Notes: generated by a model from the letters alone, not told the origin. Shown: positions 39,285 through 49,366, counted from the first letter of the stretch. The stretch: DNA of 58,727 nt from Oceanihabitans sp. (GCA_049614585.1 JBMZDY010000001.1:1-58727), one strand, 5' to 3'. Translations and numbers: made by a program.

Positions 39285-40148
39285 TTGGCACTAAACCTTC
39301 AAGATATACCTCGTGTAAAATCTTTAAATAAAAAAGATTTTATAGAAAATTACTTTAAACCACAAAAACCTGTGGTTATCGAGCAATGTATTACCGATTG
39401 GCCAGCATATACCAAATGGAATTTAGAGTATATAAAAAGTATTGCAGGAGATAAAACAGTACCACTTTACGACGATAGACCAGTAGATTTTAAAGACGGT
39501 TTTAATCAGCCACATGCTACCATGAAAATGAGTGCGTATATCGATTTATTAAAATCGAAACCCACTAACTTTCGTATTTTTTTATGGAATATTGTAAAGG
39601 AAGTGCCGCAGCTTCAAAACGATTTTTTCTTTCCAGATTTTGGTATTAGGTTACTTAAAAGTTTACCAATGCTTTTCTTTGGCGGAAAAAATGCACATAC
39701 CTTTATGCATTACGATATTGATTTAGCAAATATTTTTCATTTTCATTTCGAAGGCAAAAAACAGTGTATTCTTTTCGACCAAAAACAAAACAAATATTTA
39801 TATAAAATACCACACTCTCTAATTGTAAGAGAAGATATAGATTTTATAAATCCAGATTTTAAAAAATGGCCAGCATTACAATATGCAAAAGGGTATTCCA
39901 CTACTTTAAAACATGGCGAAGTATTATATATTCCAGAAGGTTATTGGCATTACATGAAGTATCTAACACCAGGCTTTTCCATGAGCTTACGTGCACTAGC
40001 AAGAAAACCAAAAAACTTAGCAAGAGCTATTTATAATATAGGTGTTATGCGCCATTTCGATAATACCATGAGGCGTTTAAAAGGGCAAAGCTGGATTAAC
40101 TGGAAAAACAAACAAGCCATACGTAGAACCCATAAAAATTTTAGCTAA
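39285..40148 (+). CDS. JmjC/cupin-8 family Fe(II)/2-oxoglutarate oxygenase
   Basis: TTG start; KPVVI...WPAYTKW JmjN-like start, HYD (HxD), GKK, GEVLYIPEGYWH (distal His). Confidence 0.87.
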   Translation: MALNLQDIPRVKSLNKKDFIENYFKPQKPVVIEQCITDWPAYTKWNLEYIKSIAGDKTVPLYDDRPVDFKDGFNQPHATMKMSAYIDLLKSKPTNFRIFLWNIVKEVPQLQNDFFFPDFGIRLLKSLPMLFFGGKNAHTFMHYDIDLANIFHFHFEGKKQCILFDQKQNKYLYKIPHSLIVREDIDFINPDFKKWPALQYAKGYSTTLKHGEVLYIPEGYWHYMKYLTPGFSMSLRALARKPKNLARAIYNIGVMRHFDNTMRRLKGQSWINWKNKQAIRRTHKNFS

Positions 40149-40182
40149 TTTTGTTTTATAAAACAATGCAAATCAAGTAACT

Positions 40183-40680
40183 ATGAAAAATATAATTTTT
40201 GCAATTATTACATTGCTAAGTATAAATATAATACAAGCACAAGCTTTTAATGGAAAAGGAGACAAGAAAGTACAAGTAGGAGCAAATTTTCAAAATAACG
40301 CAACTAGTGTATTTGCTAGTTACGATATAGGATTAGGCGAAAACATTTCTATTGGTATAGCTTCAACGTATGCATTAGGAATTAATAATGTGTATATAGA
40401 AAAAGCTTTTGTAGATAGGTTTGATGTAAAGGCAAGATTTAATGCTAATATTGGAAATGTAATTAATATTGACGAAAATTTCGATGTATATCCTGGGTTA
40501 AATTTAGGATTGAAAAACTTTGGAACGCACATTGGTGCACGTTATTTTTTTACAAGCGGATTTGGGTTGTTTACCGAATGCAACATACCAATAGCGAAAT
40601 ATAAAACTAGCGATTTAAGTTATTCCGATAAAATTCACAACCAGTTTTCGGTAAATGCAGGAGTGGTTTTTAATTTATAA
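40183..40680 (+). CDS. Small outer-membrane beta-barrel protein
   Basis: Signal peptide, DVYPGLNLG, GARYFF, C-terminal AGVVFNL; preceded by TAATTTTG at 40146-40153. Confidence 0.75.
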   Translation: MKNIIFAIITLLSINIIQAQAFNGKGDKKVQVGANFQNNATSVFASYDIGLGENISIGIASTYALGINNVYIEKAFVDRFDVKARFNANIGNVINIDENFDVYPGLNLGLKNFGTHIGARYFFTSGFGLFTECNIPIAKYKTSDLSYSDKIHNQFSVNAGVVFNL

Positions 40681-41143
40681 GCGAATGTGCTTTTTCGTAA
40701 ACTAAATTACTTTCCCAACCTCTATATAATAAGTAATCTACTAGTTTTTTTCTTTTTTTATAAAGGTTACTTTCTTTTAAACTAGCAACTTTTTTTTCGG
40801 CTATAACATTTAAGGTTTCTAAATATTCATCTTCGTCAATGTCTTTCAATGCAGTTTCAATAAGCGTTTTATGAATATTTTTTTTCTGAAGCTCTAAATG
40901 CAACCTTCTTTTCCCCCATTTTTTTATTCTAAATTTTCCGCTAACAAAAGCTTTAGCAAATCGTTCTTCATTTAAAAAATTATTACTAATTAAATGCACA
41001 ACAATTAAATCTATTGCAGTAGGTATCATGCGCATATTACGCAACTTATTAACCACATCTTGATGGCAACGTTCTTGGTAGCTGCAATAAAATTCTAACT
41101 TTTTTTGCGCTTCATCGACAGAATATGTTTTTTGTGGGTTCAT
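40670..41143 (-). CDS. recX: Regulatory protein RecX
   Basis: YCSYQERC, FLNEERFA, WGKRR and KLVDYLLYRGW motifs. Confidence 0.92.
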   Translation of the reverse strand: MNPQKTYSVDEAQKKLEFYCSYQERCHQDVVNKLRNMRMIPTAIDLIVVHLISNNFLNEERFAKAFVSGKFRIKKWGKRRLHLELQKKNIHKTLIETALKDIDEDEYLETLNVIAEKKVASLKESNLYKKRKKLVDYLLYRGWESNLVYEKAHSLIN

Positions 41144-41223
41144 ACAATTTCCTGTAAAATTATATAAAAAACTTGTTAACCAAAAGGTAACTTTACACGA
41201 ATTAATTAGTAATAAGTAAGTTG

Positions 41224-41231
41224 TATATTTG
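41224..41231 (+). promoter_or_regulatory. -7 promoter element for the large surface-protein gene
   Basis: TATATTTG, 40 nt upstream of the ATG. Confidence 0.6.
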
Positions 41232-41271
41232 TAAACTATCTTTTTTAGATAAAAATAAATTTTTATAGTGC

Positions 41272-44200
41272 ATGTTTAATAAATATTTTTTCTCGTTATT
41301 TGGCTGTATATGTTTTGTTCTTACTGGGTTTGGGCAGACAACAGTTTCCTATGATTTCTCTGCAACTGGAGCATCAACAAGTGGTAGTTTAGATGCAAAT
41401 ATTAGTTTTACTTCTCATAAAAATAGCGGAACTGCCACCCCAGTGATTAATAGTGGGCAATTAAGATTATATCAAAATGCAACTAAAGGAGGCTCTATTA
41501 AAATAGTACCTTCTAATGGTGCAATTATTACTAGTGTTGTTGTAAATGCTTCGACAAGAACTGGACCAGCTGGATATACCGTTGATGGTAGTTTCGTAGC
41601 AAACTTGAGCGGAGGTTCTACTTATACAATGAGTAGTTTAAATGCAAGTACGGAAGTTGAATTTTATCAAAGGGATAGTAATAGTAGTAATAGAATTTAT
41701 GTAGATGATTTTACTGTAACTTATACAATGCCTACATCAGGCCCAACGATAACAACAAGCACATCGTCTTTAACAGGACTAGATTATATAGAAGGATCTG
41801 GCCCGTCGGTAGAGCAGTCGTATTCTGTTTCTGCAGCCAACTTAACACCAGCTACTGGAAATATTACGGTAACAGCTCCTGGAAATTTTTCCATTTCAAA
41901 AACAGCGGGAGGGACTTATACAAATTCATTGACCTTTGCATATGCTGGAGGAACGCTTTCTGCATCTAATGTATTTGTTCGTTTAAATAGTGGATTGGTA
42001 GTAGGCACCTATGGCCCGTTAAATGTTACAAATACAGGAGGAGGAGCAACGACACAAAATGTAGCTGTAAGTGGAGAAGTTACGCCACTTTGTACAACTC
42101 CAAGTCCAGCTACTAATTTAGTATTATCTAATGCTACTAGTAGTACTATAGATGTCGCTTTTACAGCATCTGGCGCAGATAATTATTTAGTTGTACAAAG
42201 TACTTCTTCTACTTTAAGTGTTAACCCTACAGACACAAATTCGTATACCGTTGGAAACAGTTTAGGAGGAGGAACAGTGGTTTTTAATGGTTCTGCAAGC
42301 TCATTTACCAATAGTGGATTAAGCGCAAATACTACCTATTATTATTTTGTGTTTGCCTATAATAATGCAAACTGTTCTGGTGGGCCACTTTATAGTGTAT
42401 CTATTACCGATAATGAAACCACTTTAAATGGGCCTTGTTTAAGCGAAAATTTTCAAGATAGTAATGGCTGGTCAGATCATAGCTACGGAAATTGGACGCA
42501 AATAGCCAATAATGGTACTTGGATAGCAAATGGTATTTATGCTGGTGCTGGTAGACGTATACAAATGAACGATGTTGGCGACTGGTTAGAGTTTCCGATG
42601 GTAGATAATCCAGTATCGTTAAATTATGATTATGCCTTAAGTAGTTCGCAAACAGGAACCAATCAAATGCAAGTACAGTATTGGGATGGAAGCACTTGGG
42701 TTGTAGCAGCTACGCATACCTCGTTAGGAACAACCTTTATAAATTATTCGGCAGATTTAAGTGCGGTTACAGCTCAAACCAATGTAAGATTACGCCTATT
42801 TCGATCGGCAGATAACAGAACCGCTTATATTGATAATATTGAAGTTTTTTGTGGAGTTCCAGGACCTGAAATTCAAGTAGAAGGTAATAATATTGAAATT
42901 ACAGACGGCGATGCAACACCAAGTACAATAGACGATACACGTTTTGGTAATGTACCCATTGTAAGTGGCTCTGAAGCGCATACATTTTTTATAAAAAACA
43001 CTGGAGGTACTCCATTAACTATTAATAGTATTACTAGTGATAATGCCGAATTTACGGTTAGTGGTACAACAAACACGTCTATAGCAGGAGGTGGTGATGC
43101 GTCTTTTACCGTAACTTTTGATCCAACTACCCTAGGTACACGTACTGCTATAATTACAATTGATAATGATGATACCGACGAAAATCCATATACGTTTAGC
43201 ATAAGCGGAAACGGTACAAACAGCAACCTTTCAACTATAGTAGATAATACCAACTATAGCACAACGGCTCCTGAATTTAATATTACCCCACAGTATATTA
43301 ATTATATAGATGGCACGTCGACTTCAACAGGTAAATTTATTCCGTTTAAAATTAAAATTTTAGATGGAGGAATAAGTGCATCGGATGCCGATAGTTATAG
43401 TACTACCCTAACCGATTTAAAATTAACAGTTCAGGATTTAAGCAATACCAACCAATTAGCCATGATTAAGACGGCCGTTTTAACAGGAACAGGTGGCGCC
43501 GTAATTGCAACGGCAAGTAAAGTTGGTAACGAATTGGTGTTTTCGGGTATGAGTGGCGCTTCGGTAACGGCAAGTGATGATGGTCAAAAAATACTTCATA
43601 TTCGTGCTTCGTTTGATGAAAATCAAGTTATTGATAACACCAAACTAATCTTTAAAATTAGTGAAGCTACTGCAGATGCTAGTGGGTCTGCTTTTGCCAA
43701 TACAGATGCAGGAGGTGCCGAATCAGATTCAAATAATAATAATAGAAATACACTAAACGTTTTAGGCGATCGTTTGCAATTTACCACACAACCTAGCAAC
43801 ACCTCAATAAGCGATAATATGCTACCAGCTCCAGTGGTTGCAGTTACAGATATTTATGGCAATGCCGATTTAGATATAAATTCTGGAAATATTAGCATGA
43901 CTTCTACAGGTACGCCAAATGCCCAGCCATCTGCGGTAATTACAAATGCGCAAGCGACATTTACGGCTGTAAATCATTCGGCATCTGGAACAGGGTTTCG
44001 CTTAACGGCAAGCTATTCTGGATGGAGTGTTACTAGTAATTTGTTTAATATTAACGATACCGCCAATGGTAGTTATAGAACTACAGCTTCTGGTACCTGG
44101 TTAAGTAATCAAGCTTCACCAGCGATATGGGAACGTTTTAATGGCTCTACTTGGGCAGCTTCAAACTCACCCAGTTACTCGACAACTAATCTGGTATATA

Positions 44201-47200
44201 TTAGAGACGGACACAATATTAATACTGGAGGGTCTTGGGGGAATTCTGTGCATTTAATTATTAATAATGGCGGAACATTAAACATAAACCATCAAGGAAC
44301 AGCGGGAAATTTATCGATTCAAGATGGCGGTAATGTAAGTATTAATGCTAGTTTAACTATTAACTCTAGCGGGATTTTAGAAGTTTTTGACGGCGGAAAC
44401 CTAACGCTTAATTTTAAATACGGAAACCCTAATTCGTCGCTTTGGAATGGTACTGAAAAGTTTCATCCCGATTCTAATTTAATTTTTAACGATTGGGATG
44501 CCGACGATGATATTATTGATAATAACACAAGTATTACAACCAATACGTTTAATGGATATACCGCAATTTTTGGAAATATTTTAATTGATTTTCAAGCTAA
44601 TTTGAGTAGCTCTGATGATATTACATTTTTAAATTCTGGTGTTTTAATAAATATGGCACATGGCGATTTAATTTTTAGAACAAACGATTTTGGACCGCCT
44701 TCCAATTGTCCTTCGGGAGTTAATAAATTTAATATTGCAACAACAGGAAGTGTAAATTCTGGTATTGGAGGCGATTTTATTGTAGAAGATACTTTTACGT
44801 TTGTAGCATGTTCTAATATTATTCAATTTAAAATATCGGGAACACTCGTTTTTACAATTAAAGGAAATATGTCTTTGGATCAAGCAACAACGCGATTAGG
44901 GGCAGGAACAAATCCAAATACAACTTTAAATATTGAAGGAAATCTTGAAGTCCTTTCTGGAGCATTTTTCGATATGCAAGCAACCAGTTCGGCAAATAAT
45001 AGTCAGACCATTAATTTGCATGGTAACTTATACGCCTCTAATAGTGGTAGGTTAAGTTGTTCTAATAATAGCAGCTCAAATGTGGTAAATAACAATTTTA
45101 ATTTTGTAGGCACAAGCATTCAAACTATTGATGTGGCTTCAACAAGTGCTTCCGAAAACCAAGCTATCACGTTTAATGTAGAAAGTGGCGCTTCTGTAAA
45201 GCAAATTAATAGAGATTTTGAATTGGGAACATACAGTTCTTTAAATATTAAAGGAGGCGGAACATATGACTTTGGTTTTGATGGAAACACACCACTTAAT
45301 GTTGTAACCTCAGGGACTCAAAACACAACCGAATTCAAATCCTTTGATGCAAGTACATTAATAATTACATCTATCGATGGTATTAGTAAAACCAACAGTA
45401 CGAGTAATGTAAAAACTTCTGCTTACCTACGTACATTTAGTCAAAATGCTACATTTTGGTATGTTGGGAAACAGGATCAAATTACAGGAAACGGGCTCAC
45501 AACATTATCTTCGGGAAGGGTCATTATTTGCGATTTAATAGATAATGATACACGATTATTCTTGTCTAACCACACCGGTATTACTAACAATACCATTGCA
45601 AATCCCTTAGGAGGGGCATTAGATATTCGTGTTGGACAATTTATTGAAACAGAAACCGAATATATTACAGGAAGTACTGGACGGTTAATTATGGCAGACG
45701 GGACACTGTATCAAATACCAAAACCATCGGCAAATTCTTCAGATTTAATACCAAGACTAAATAACACGACAATTTATTATCAACTTTATGGCGATTCTAC
45801 CATCGAGCTTAATGCAAATGGAAGTCAACGGTTAAGAGGTTTACGCGATTATAGAAATTTAACATTTTCCAACCAAACCAATGTCACATTATCTAATGCT
45901 ATTGCAAATATAGACGGCACTATTACTACTGAAAACAATGCAATTGTTGATGTTGAAAACAAGAATTTTGGAGGCACTACAACAAATTTAAATATGAAAG
46001 ATAATTCCCGATATATTACTGCAGGATCTGACGTTGAGCCCGATGCAGGTGGTACATATTCATTAGGAATAGACACCGTAATAGAATTTAACAGAAACAC
46101 GAGTTTAGAGAAAATTAGATTAGCAAACCCTATTCCTAATTATGCAAACGTTATTGTTTCTGGATCTCATGTAGGAACAGAATCGGATAATGTAGGTATT
46201 AAATTTCAGGCCAATGGAAATTTTGAAGTTACAAATACGGGTGTTTTTCTACATAATAATATTAGTGGGTTTTCAGGTGATTCCGGCACAGCAATAGATC
46301 AAACCAATACGCCTAATATTATACTAGAAAATGGTTCAACTATTGAGTATGCTCGAAATAATAGCGATTCACAAACCATTACTGCTTTTTCTCCAGAATA
46401 TAAAAATGTAATTATTTCTGGATCTGGCACAAAAATACTTGGGCATCCTACAGATATTCTTATTGGCGAAAATTTAACCTTAAACGCAAGTACTTTGAAA
46501 GTAAATACTGATGAAATACTTACAGTTGATGAAAGTGTAAACCGATTATTTAGTGCTGTATTTGATATTGAAAACTCAGGTAGTCTCATTCAAATTAACG
46601 ATGCGAGCATAAACGTAGGTAGCATTAACATGAAACGTACAGCAAGTATAAAAAACCTAGATTATGTGTATTGGTCGTCGCCAGTAGAAGACTTTACGGT
46701 AAACAATATTTGGACAACAAATCGTATCTACAAATGGGGGCCAACAGCAAGCAATGCTAACGGAACAGAAGGTAATTGGCTAAATGCTTCTGGCAACATA
46801 ATGACTAAAGGTTTGGGCTATATATTAAGAGCACCAAATGGTACTAGTACAGCTCCAGTAGATTATACCACTACATTTTTAGGTGTGCCGCAAAACGGTA
46901 TTGTAGAAATAGGTGTAGCTCGTGGAAACGACCTCCCAGCAGACAACGATGACGATAATTGGAATTTAATAGGAAATCCTTACCCTTCGGCAATTTCGGC
47001 AGATGCCCTGTTATTCGACCACACAAGTATTATTAAAGGATGGATAAAATTATGGACACATGGCGATGCACCAAATAGCACATTTAATAATACGTTTTAC
47101 CAAGATTTTGTAAATAATTACGACGTACAAGATTATATAACCTATAATTATATGGGGCCTTCTATGGGGCCAGAAACTTTTACGGGTTATATAGCAGCAG

Positions 47201-48030
47201 GACAAGCCTTTTTTGTAAATATGGTAGATGGCCCAGCAGATAATACCCAAAAAGTGCAGTTTAAAAACGCATATCGACAAAAAACAACCACCTATACCAA
47301 CAGCGAATTTTTTAAAACGACAACCAATAATAATACTGCTGAAAAAAGTCGTATATGGCTAGATTTAATAAACGAAACAACTGGTAAATCGAATAGAATA
47401 TTAGTTGGTTATACTGCGGATTCAACTTTAGAGAAAGATCATTTATATGATGCAGAAAACCAAAACACTACTAGCCAGAACTTTTATTCTATACTAAATA
47501 ACCAGCCTTTTATTGTTCAAGGTCGAGGGGAGTTTAACGAAAGCGATATTGTGCCTTTAGGTATTCGAGTTACAAGCCAAGGAAACCATTATATAGCTAT
47601 TCCAGTAGTAGATGGTTTGTTTGAAACCCAAAACCAAACAATTTATTTAAAAGATTACTTGCTAAATTTTACACATAACCTCTCTAATAATCCATACAGT
47701 TTTACATCGGCAGCAGGAACAATAGATAATCGTTTTGAAATAATTTATGTGGATAATGATTTATCTATAAGTGAAAACGAATTAGGGAATAACAACCTAA
47801 CAATTATTGAAATGCAAAACGAAAATGTAAAATTCACTTTGTCTAATAGCATTTTACAAATAAAAAACGTAAAAATTTACGATACCTTAGGTAGGTTAAT
47901 TTATAATTTTAGCGGGAATAGTAATAGCGAAATCTATAATCTTTCAAATTTAAGTCAAGCTGCTTATATTGCTAAAGTAACGTTATCAAACAATTATGTA
48001 ATTACAAAAAAAGCTATAAAAAGCAAATAG
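41272..48030 (+). CDS. Large T9SS-secreted multidomain surface protein (Ig-like, FN3, choice-of-anchor-D-like and beta-helix-like regions; type A CTD)
   Basis: Signal peptide; FN3 (PATNLVLSNATSSTI...LSANTTYYYFVFAYN); PEIQVEGN...IKNTG...FTVTFDP...DTDENPY; YWSSPV and WNLIGNPYPSA; CTD IYDTLGRLI...YIAKV...KKAIK. Confidence 0.88.
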   Translation: MFNKYFFSLFGCICFVLTGFGQTTVSYDFSATGASTSGSLDANISFTSHKNSGTATPVINSGQLRLYQNATKGGSIKIVPSNGAIITSVVVNASTRTGPAGYTVDGSFVANLSGGSTYTMSSLNASTEVEFYQRDSNSSNRIYVDDFTVTYTMPTSGPTITTSTSSLTGLDYIEGSGPSVEQSYSVSAANLTPATGNITVTAPGNFSISKTAGGTYTNSLTFAYAGGTLSASNVFVRLNSGLVVGTYGPLNVTNTGGGATTQNVAVSGEVTPLCTTPSPATNLVLSNATSSTIDVAFTASGADNYLVVQSTSSTLSVNPTDTNSYTVGNSLGGGTVVFNGSASSFTNSGLSANTTYYYFVFAYNNANCSGGPLYSVSITDNETTLNGPCLSENFQDSNGWSDHSYGNWTQIANNGTWIANGIYAGAGRRIQMNDVGDWLEFPMVDNPVSLNYDYALSSSQTGTNQMQVQYWDGSTWVVAATHTSLGTTFINYSADLSAVTAQTNVRLRLFRSADNRTAYIDNIEVFCGVPGPEIQVEGNNIEITDGDATPSTIDDTRFGNVPIVSGSEAHTFFIKNTGGTPLTINSITSDNAEFTVSGTTNTSIAGGGDASFTVTFDPTTLGTRTAIITIDNDDTDENPYTFSISGNGTNSNLSTIVDNTNYSTTAPEFNITPQYINYIDGTSTSTGKFIPFKIKILDGGISASDADSYSTTLTDLKLTVQDLSNTNQLAMIKTAVLTGTGGAVIATASKVGNELVFSGMSGASVTASDDGQKILHIRASFDENQVIDNTKLIFKISEATADASGSAFANTDAGGAESDSNNNNRNTLNVLGDRLQFTTQPSNTSISDNMLPAPVVAVTDIYGNADLDINSGNISMTSTGTPNAQPSAVITNAQATFTAVNHSASGTGFRLTASYSGWSVTSNLFNINDTANGSYRTTASGTWLSNQASPAIWERFNGSTWAASNSPSYSTTNLVYIRDGHNINTGGSWGNSVHLIINNGGTLNINHQGTAGNLSIQDGGNVSINASLTINSSGILEVFDGGNLTLNFKYGNPNSSLWNGTEKFHPDSNLIFNDWDADDDIIDNNTSITTNTFNGYTAIFGNILIDFQANLSSSDDITFLNSGVLINMAHGDLIFRTNDFGPPSNCPSGVNKFNIATTGSVNSGIGGDFIVEDTFTFVACSNIIQFKISGTLVFTIKGNMSLDQATTRLGAGTNPNTTLNIEGNLEVLSGAFFDMQATSSANNSQTINLHGNLYASNSGRLSCSNNSSSNVVNNNFNFVGTSIQTIDVASTSASENQAITFNVESGASVKQINRDFELGTYSSLNIKGGGTYDFGFDGNTPLNVVTSGTQNTTEFKSFDASTLIITSIDGISKTNSTSNVKTSAYLRTFSQNATFWYVGKQDQITGNGLTTLSSGRVIICDLIDNDTRLFLSNHTGITNNTIANPLGGALDIRVGQFIETETEYITGSTGRLIMADGTLYQIPKPSANSSDLIPRLNNTTIYYQLYGDSTIELNANGSQRLRGLRDYRNLTFSNQTNVTLSNAIANIDGTITTENNAIVDVENKNFGGTTTNLNMKDNSRYITAGSDVEPDAGGTYSLGIDTVIEFNRNTSLEKIRLANPIPNYANVIVSGSHVGTESDNVGIKFQANGNFEVTNTGVFLHNNISGFSGDSGTAIDQTNTPNIILENGSTIEYARNNSDSQTITAFSPEYKNVIISGSGTKILGHPTDILIGENLTLNASTLKVNTDEILTVDESVNRLFSAVFDIENSGSLIQINDASINVGSINMKRTASIKNLDYVYWSSPVEDFTVNNIWTTNRIYKWGPTASNANGTEGNWLNASGNIMTKGLGYILRAPNGTSTAPVDYTTTFLGVPQNGIVEIGVARGNDLPADNDDDNWNLIGNPYPSAISADALLFDHTSIIKGWIKLWTHGDAPNSTFNNTFYQDFVNNYDVQDYITYNYMGPSMGPETFTGYIAAGQAFFVNMVDGPADNTQKVQFKNAYRQKTTTYTNSEFFKTTTNNNTAEKSRIWLDLINETTGKSNRILVGYTADSTLEKDHLYDAENQNTTSQNFYSILNNQPFIVQGRGEFNESDIVPLGIRVTSQGNHYIAIPVVDGLFETQNQTIYLKDYLLNFTHNLSNNPYSFTSAAGTIDNRFEIIYVDNDLSISENELGNNNLTIIEMQNENVKFTLSNSILQIKNVKIYDTLGRLIYNFSGNSNSEIYNLSNLSQAAYIAKVTLSNNYVITKKAIKSK

Positions 48031-48051
48031 TCTTTTTTTTAATAAAATTTC

Positions 48052-48080
48052 GACCTACTAGGTTTTTTGCCTAGTAGGTC
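48052..48080. repeat. Perfect 11-bp-stem hairpin (terminator or REP-like element)
   Basis: GACCTACTAGG-ttttttg-CCTAGTAGGTC, between the surface-protein gene and umuC. Confidence 0.7.
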
Positions 48081-48096
48081 TTTGTATATTTATACC

Positions 48097-49353
48097 ATGT
48101 TTGCACTAGTAGATTGTAATAATTTCTATGCTTCCTGCGAGCGTGTTTTTAACCCTAACTTAAACCAGAAGCCAGTTGCTATTCTATCGAATAACGATGG
48201 CTGTGTTATTTCACGTAGCGACGAAGCAAAAGCTATTGGTTTGCCAATGGGCGCTCCTATTTTTAAGTGGGAAGCCTTTTGCAAAGCCAATAAGGTAGAA
48301 GTGCTTTCTTCTAACTATTCCTTATATGGTGATATGAGTGCTCGTGTTATGGGAATTCTAAAACAATTTTCGCCAGACGTAGAAGTGTATAGTATCGATG
48401 AGTCTTTTTTAGAATTTAAAGGATTTAATAATTATAACTTTAAAAATTATGGACAACAAATACGAACACGCATTTTAAAATGGACAGGAATTCCAACATG
48501 TGTAGGCGTAGCACCAACCAAAGCCTTATGTAAAGTAGCAAACAAAATAGCTAGAAAATTCCCAAAAGAAACCCAAGGTGTTTACGTTATAGATACCGAA
48601 GAAAAACGAATAAAAGCACTTAAATGGATGCCTTTAGAAAAGGTATGGGGAATTGGTAGCGCCCTTAGTAAACGCTTAAAAGCAAAAGGATGCAAAACAG
48701 CTTTCGATTTTACACAACTTCCAGATGGGTGGGTAAAAAAAAACTTTTCGATAACCGAAGCTAGATTAAAACGCGATTTAGAAGGTAAGGTTACTTTGGG
48801 ATTAGAAGCCCCAAAAACAAAAAAAGCTATTGCAACAACAAGAAGTTTTGAATACACATTAACCGATTTAAACAATATTAAAGAACGAGTTTCTACCTTT
48901 GCAACAAGTTGTGCGCAAAAACTTCGAAAACAAGGTTCTTCATGCCATGTTATTATTGTGCAGCTTAGTAGCGATAGGCATAAAAAAAACCAAGAGCAGT
49001 ATCATGCAAGTAAAACAGTAAGTTTACCCTTTGCAACAAATTCAACACTAGTAATTAGTACCCAAGCAGTACAAGCGGTAAGTGCTATTTTTAAAAAAGG
49101 AATTCGTTATAAACGCGCTGGTGTAATTGTTTTAGGGCTGGTTCCTGTAGATAATTATCAATTGCATTTATTTACACACGAAAACCCTAAACATAAGTAT
49201 TTAATGGCTGCTATAGATAATGTAAATGCAAAGTATGGTGATTATAAAATAAAACTAGGTAATCAAGATTTAAAACGTACCTGGAAAATGCGGCAAGAGC
49301 GATTATCGCCAAAGTATACTACTAATATAAAAGAGATAATACAGGTTAAATAA
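48097..49353 (+). CDS. umuC: Y-family DNA polymerase, UmuC type
   Basis: Start taken as ATG 48097 (MFALVDCNNFYASCERVF); LSNNDGC, SSNYSLYGDMS, YSIDE; C-terminal WKMRQERLSPKYTT. Confidence 0.93.
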   Translation: MFALVDCNNFYASCERVFNPNLNQKPVAILSNNDGCVISRSDEAKAIGLPMGAPIFKWEAFCKANKVEVLSSNYSLYGDMSARVMGILKQFSPDVEVYSIDESFLEFKGFNNYNFKNYGQQIRTRILKWTGIPTCVGVAPTKALCKVANKIARKFPKETQGVYVIDTEEKRIKALKWMPLEKVWGIGSALSKRLKAKGCKTAFDFTQLPDGWVKKNFSITEARLKRDLEGKVTLGLEAPKTKKAIATTRSFEYTLTDLNNIKERVSTFATSCAQKLRKQGSSCHVIIVQLSSDRHKKNQEQYHASKTVSLPFATNSTLVISTQAVQAVSAIFKKGIRYKRAGVIVLGLVPVDNYQLHLFTHENPKHKYLMAAIDNVNAKYGDYKIKLGNQDLKRTWKMRQERLSPKYTTNIKEIIQVK

Positions 49354-49366
49354 AACAGAAGCAATA

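Noticed and set aside
48067-48096. TTG start for umuC given by the ORF track
   Set aside because: It falls inside the hairpin; the family N-terminus MFALVDCNNFY begins at ATG 48097
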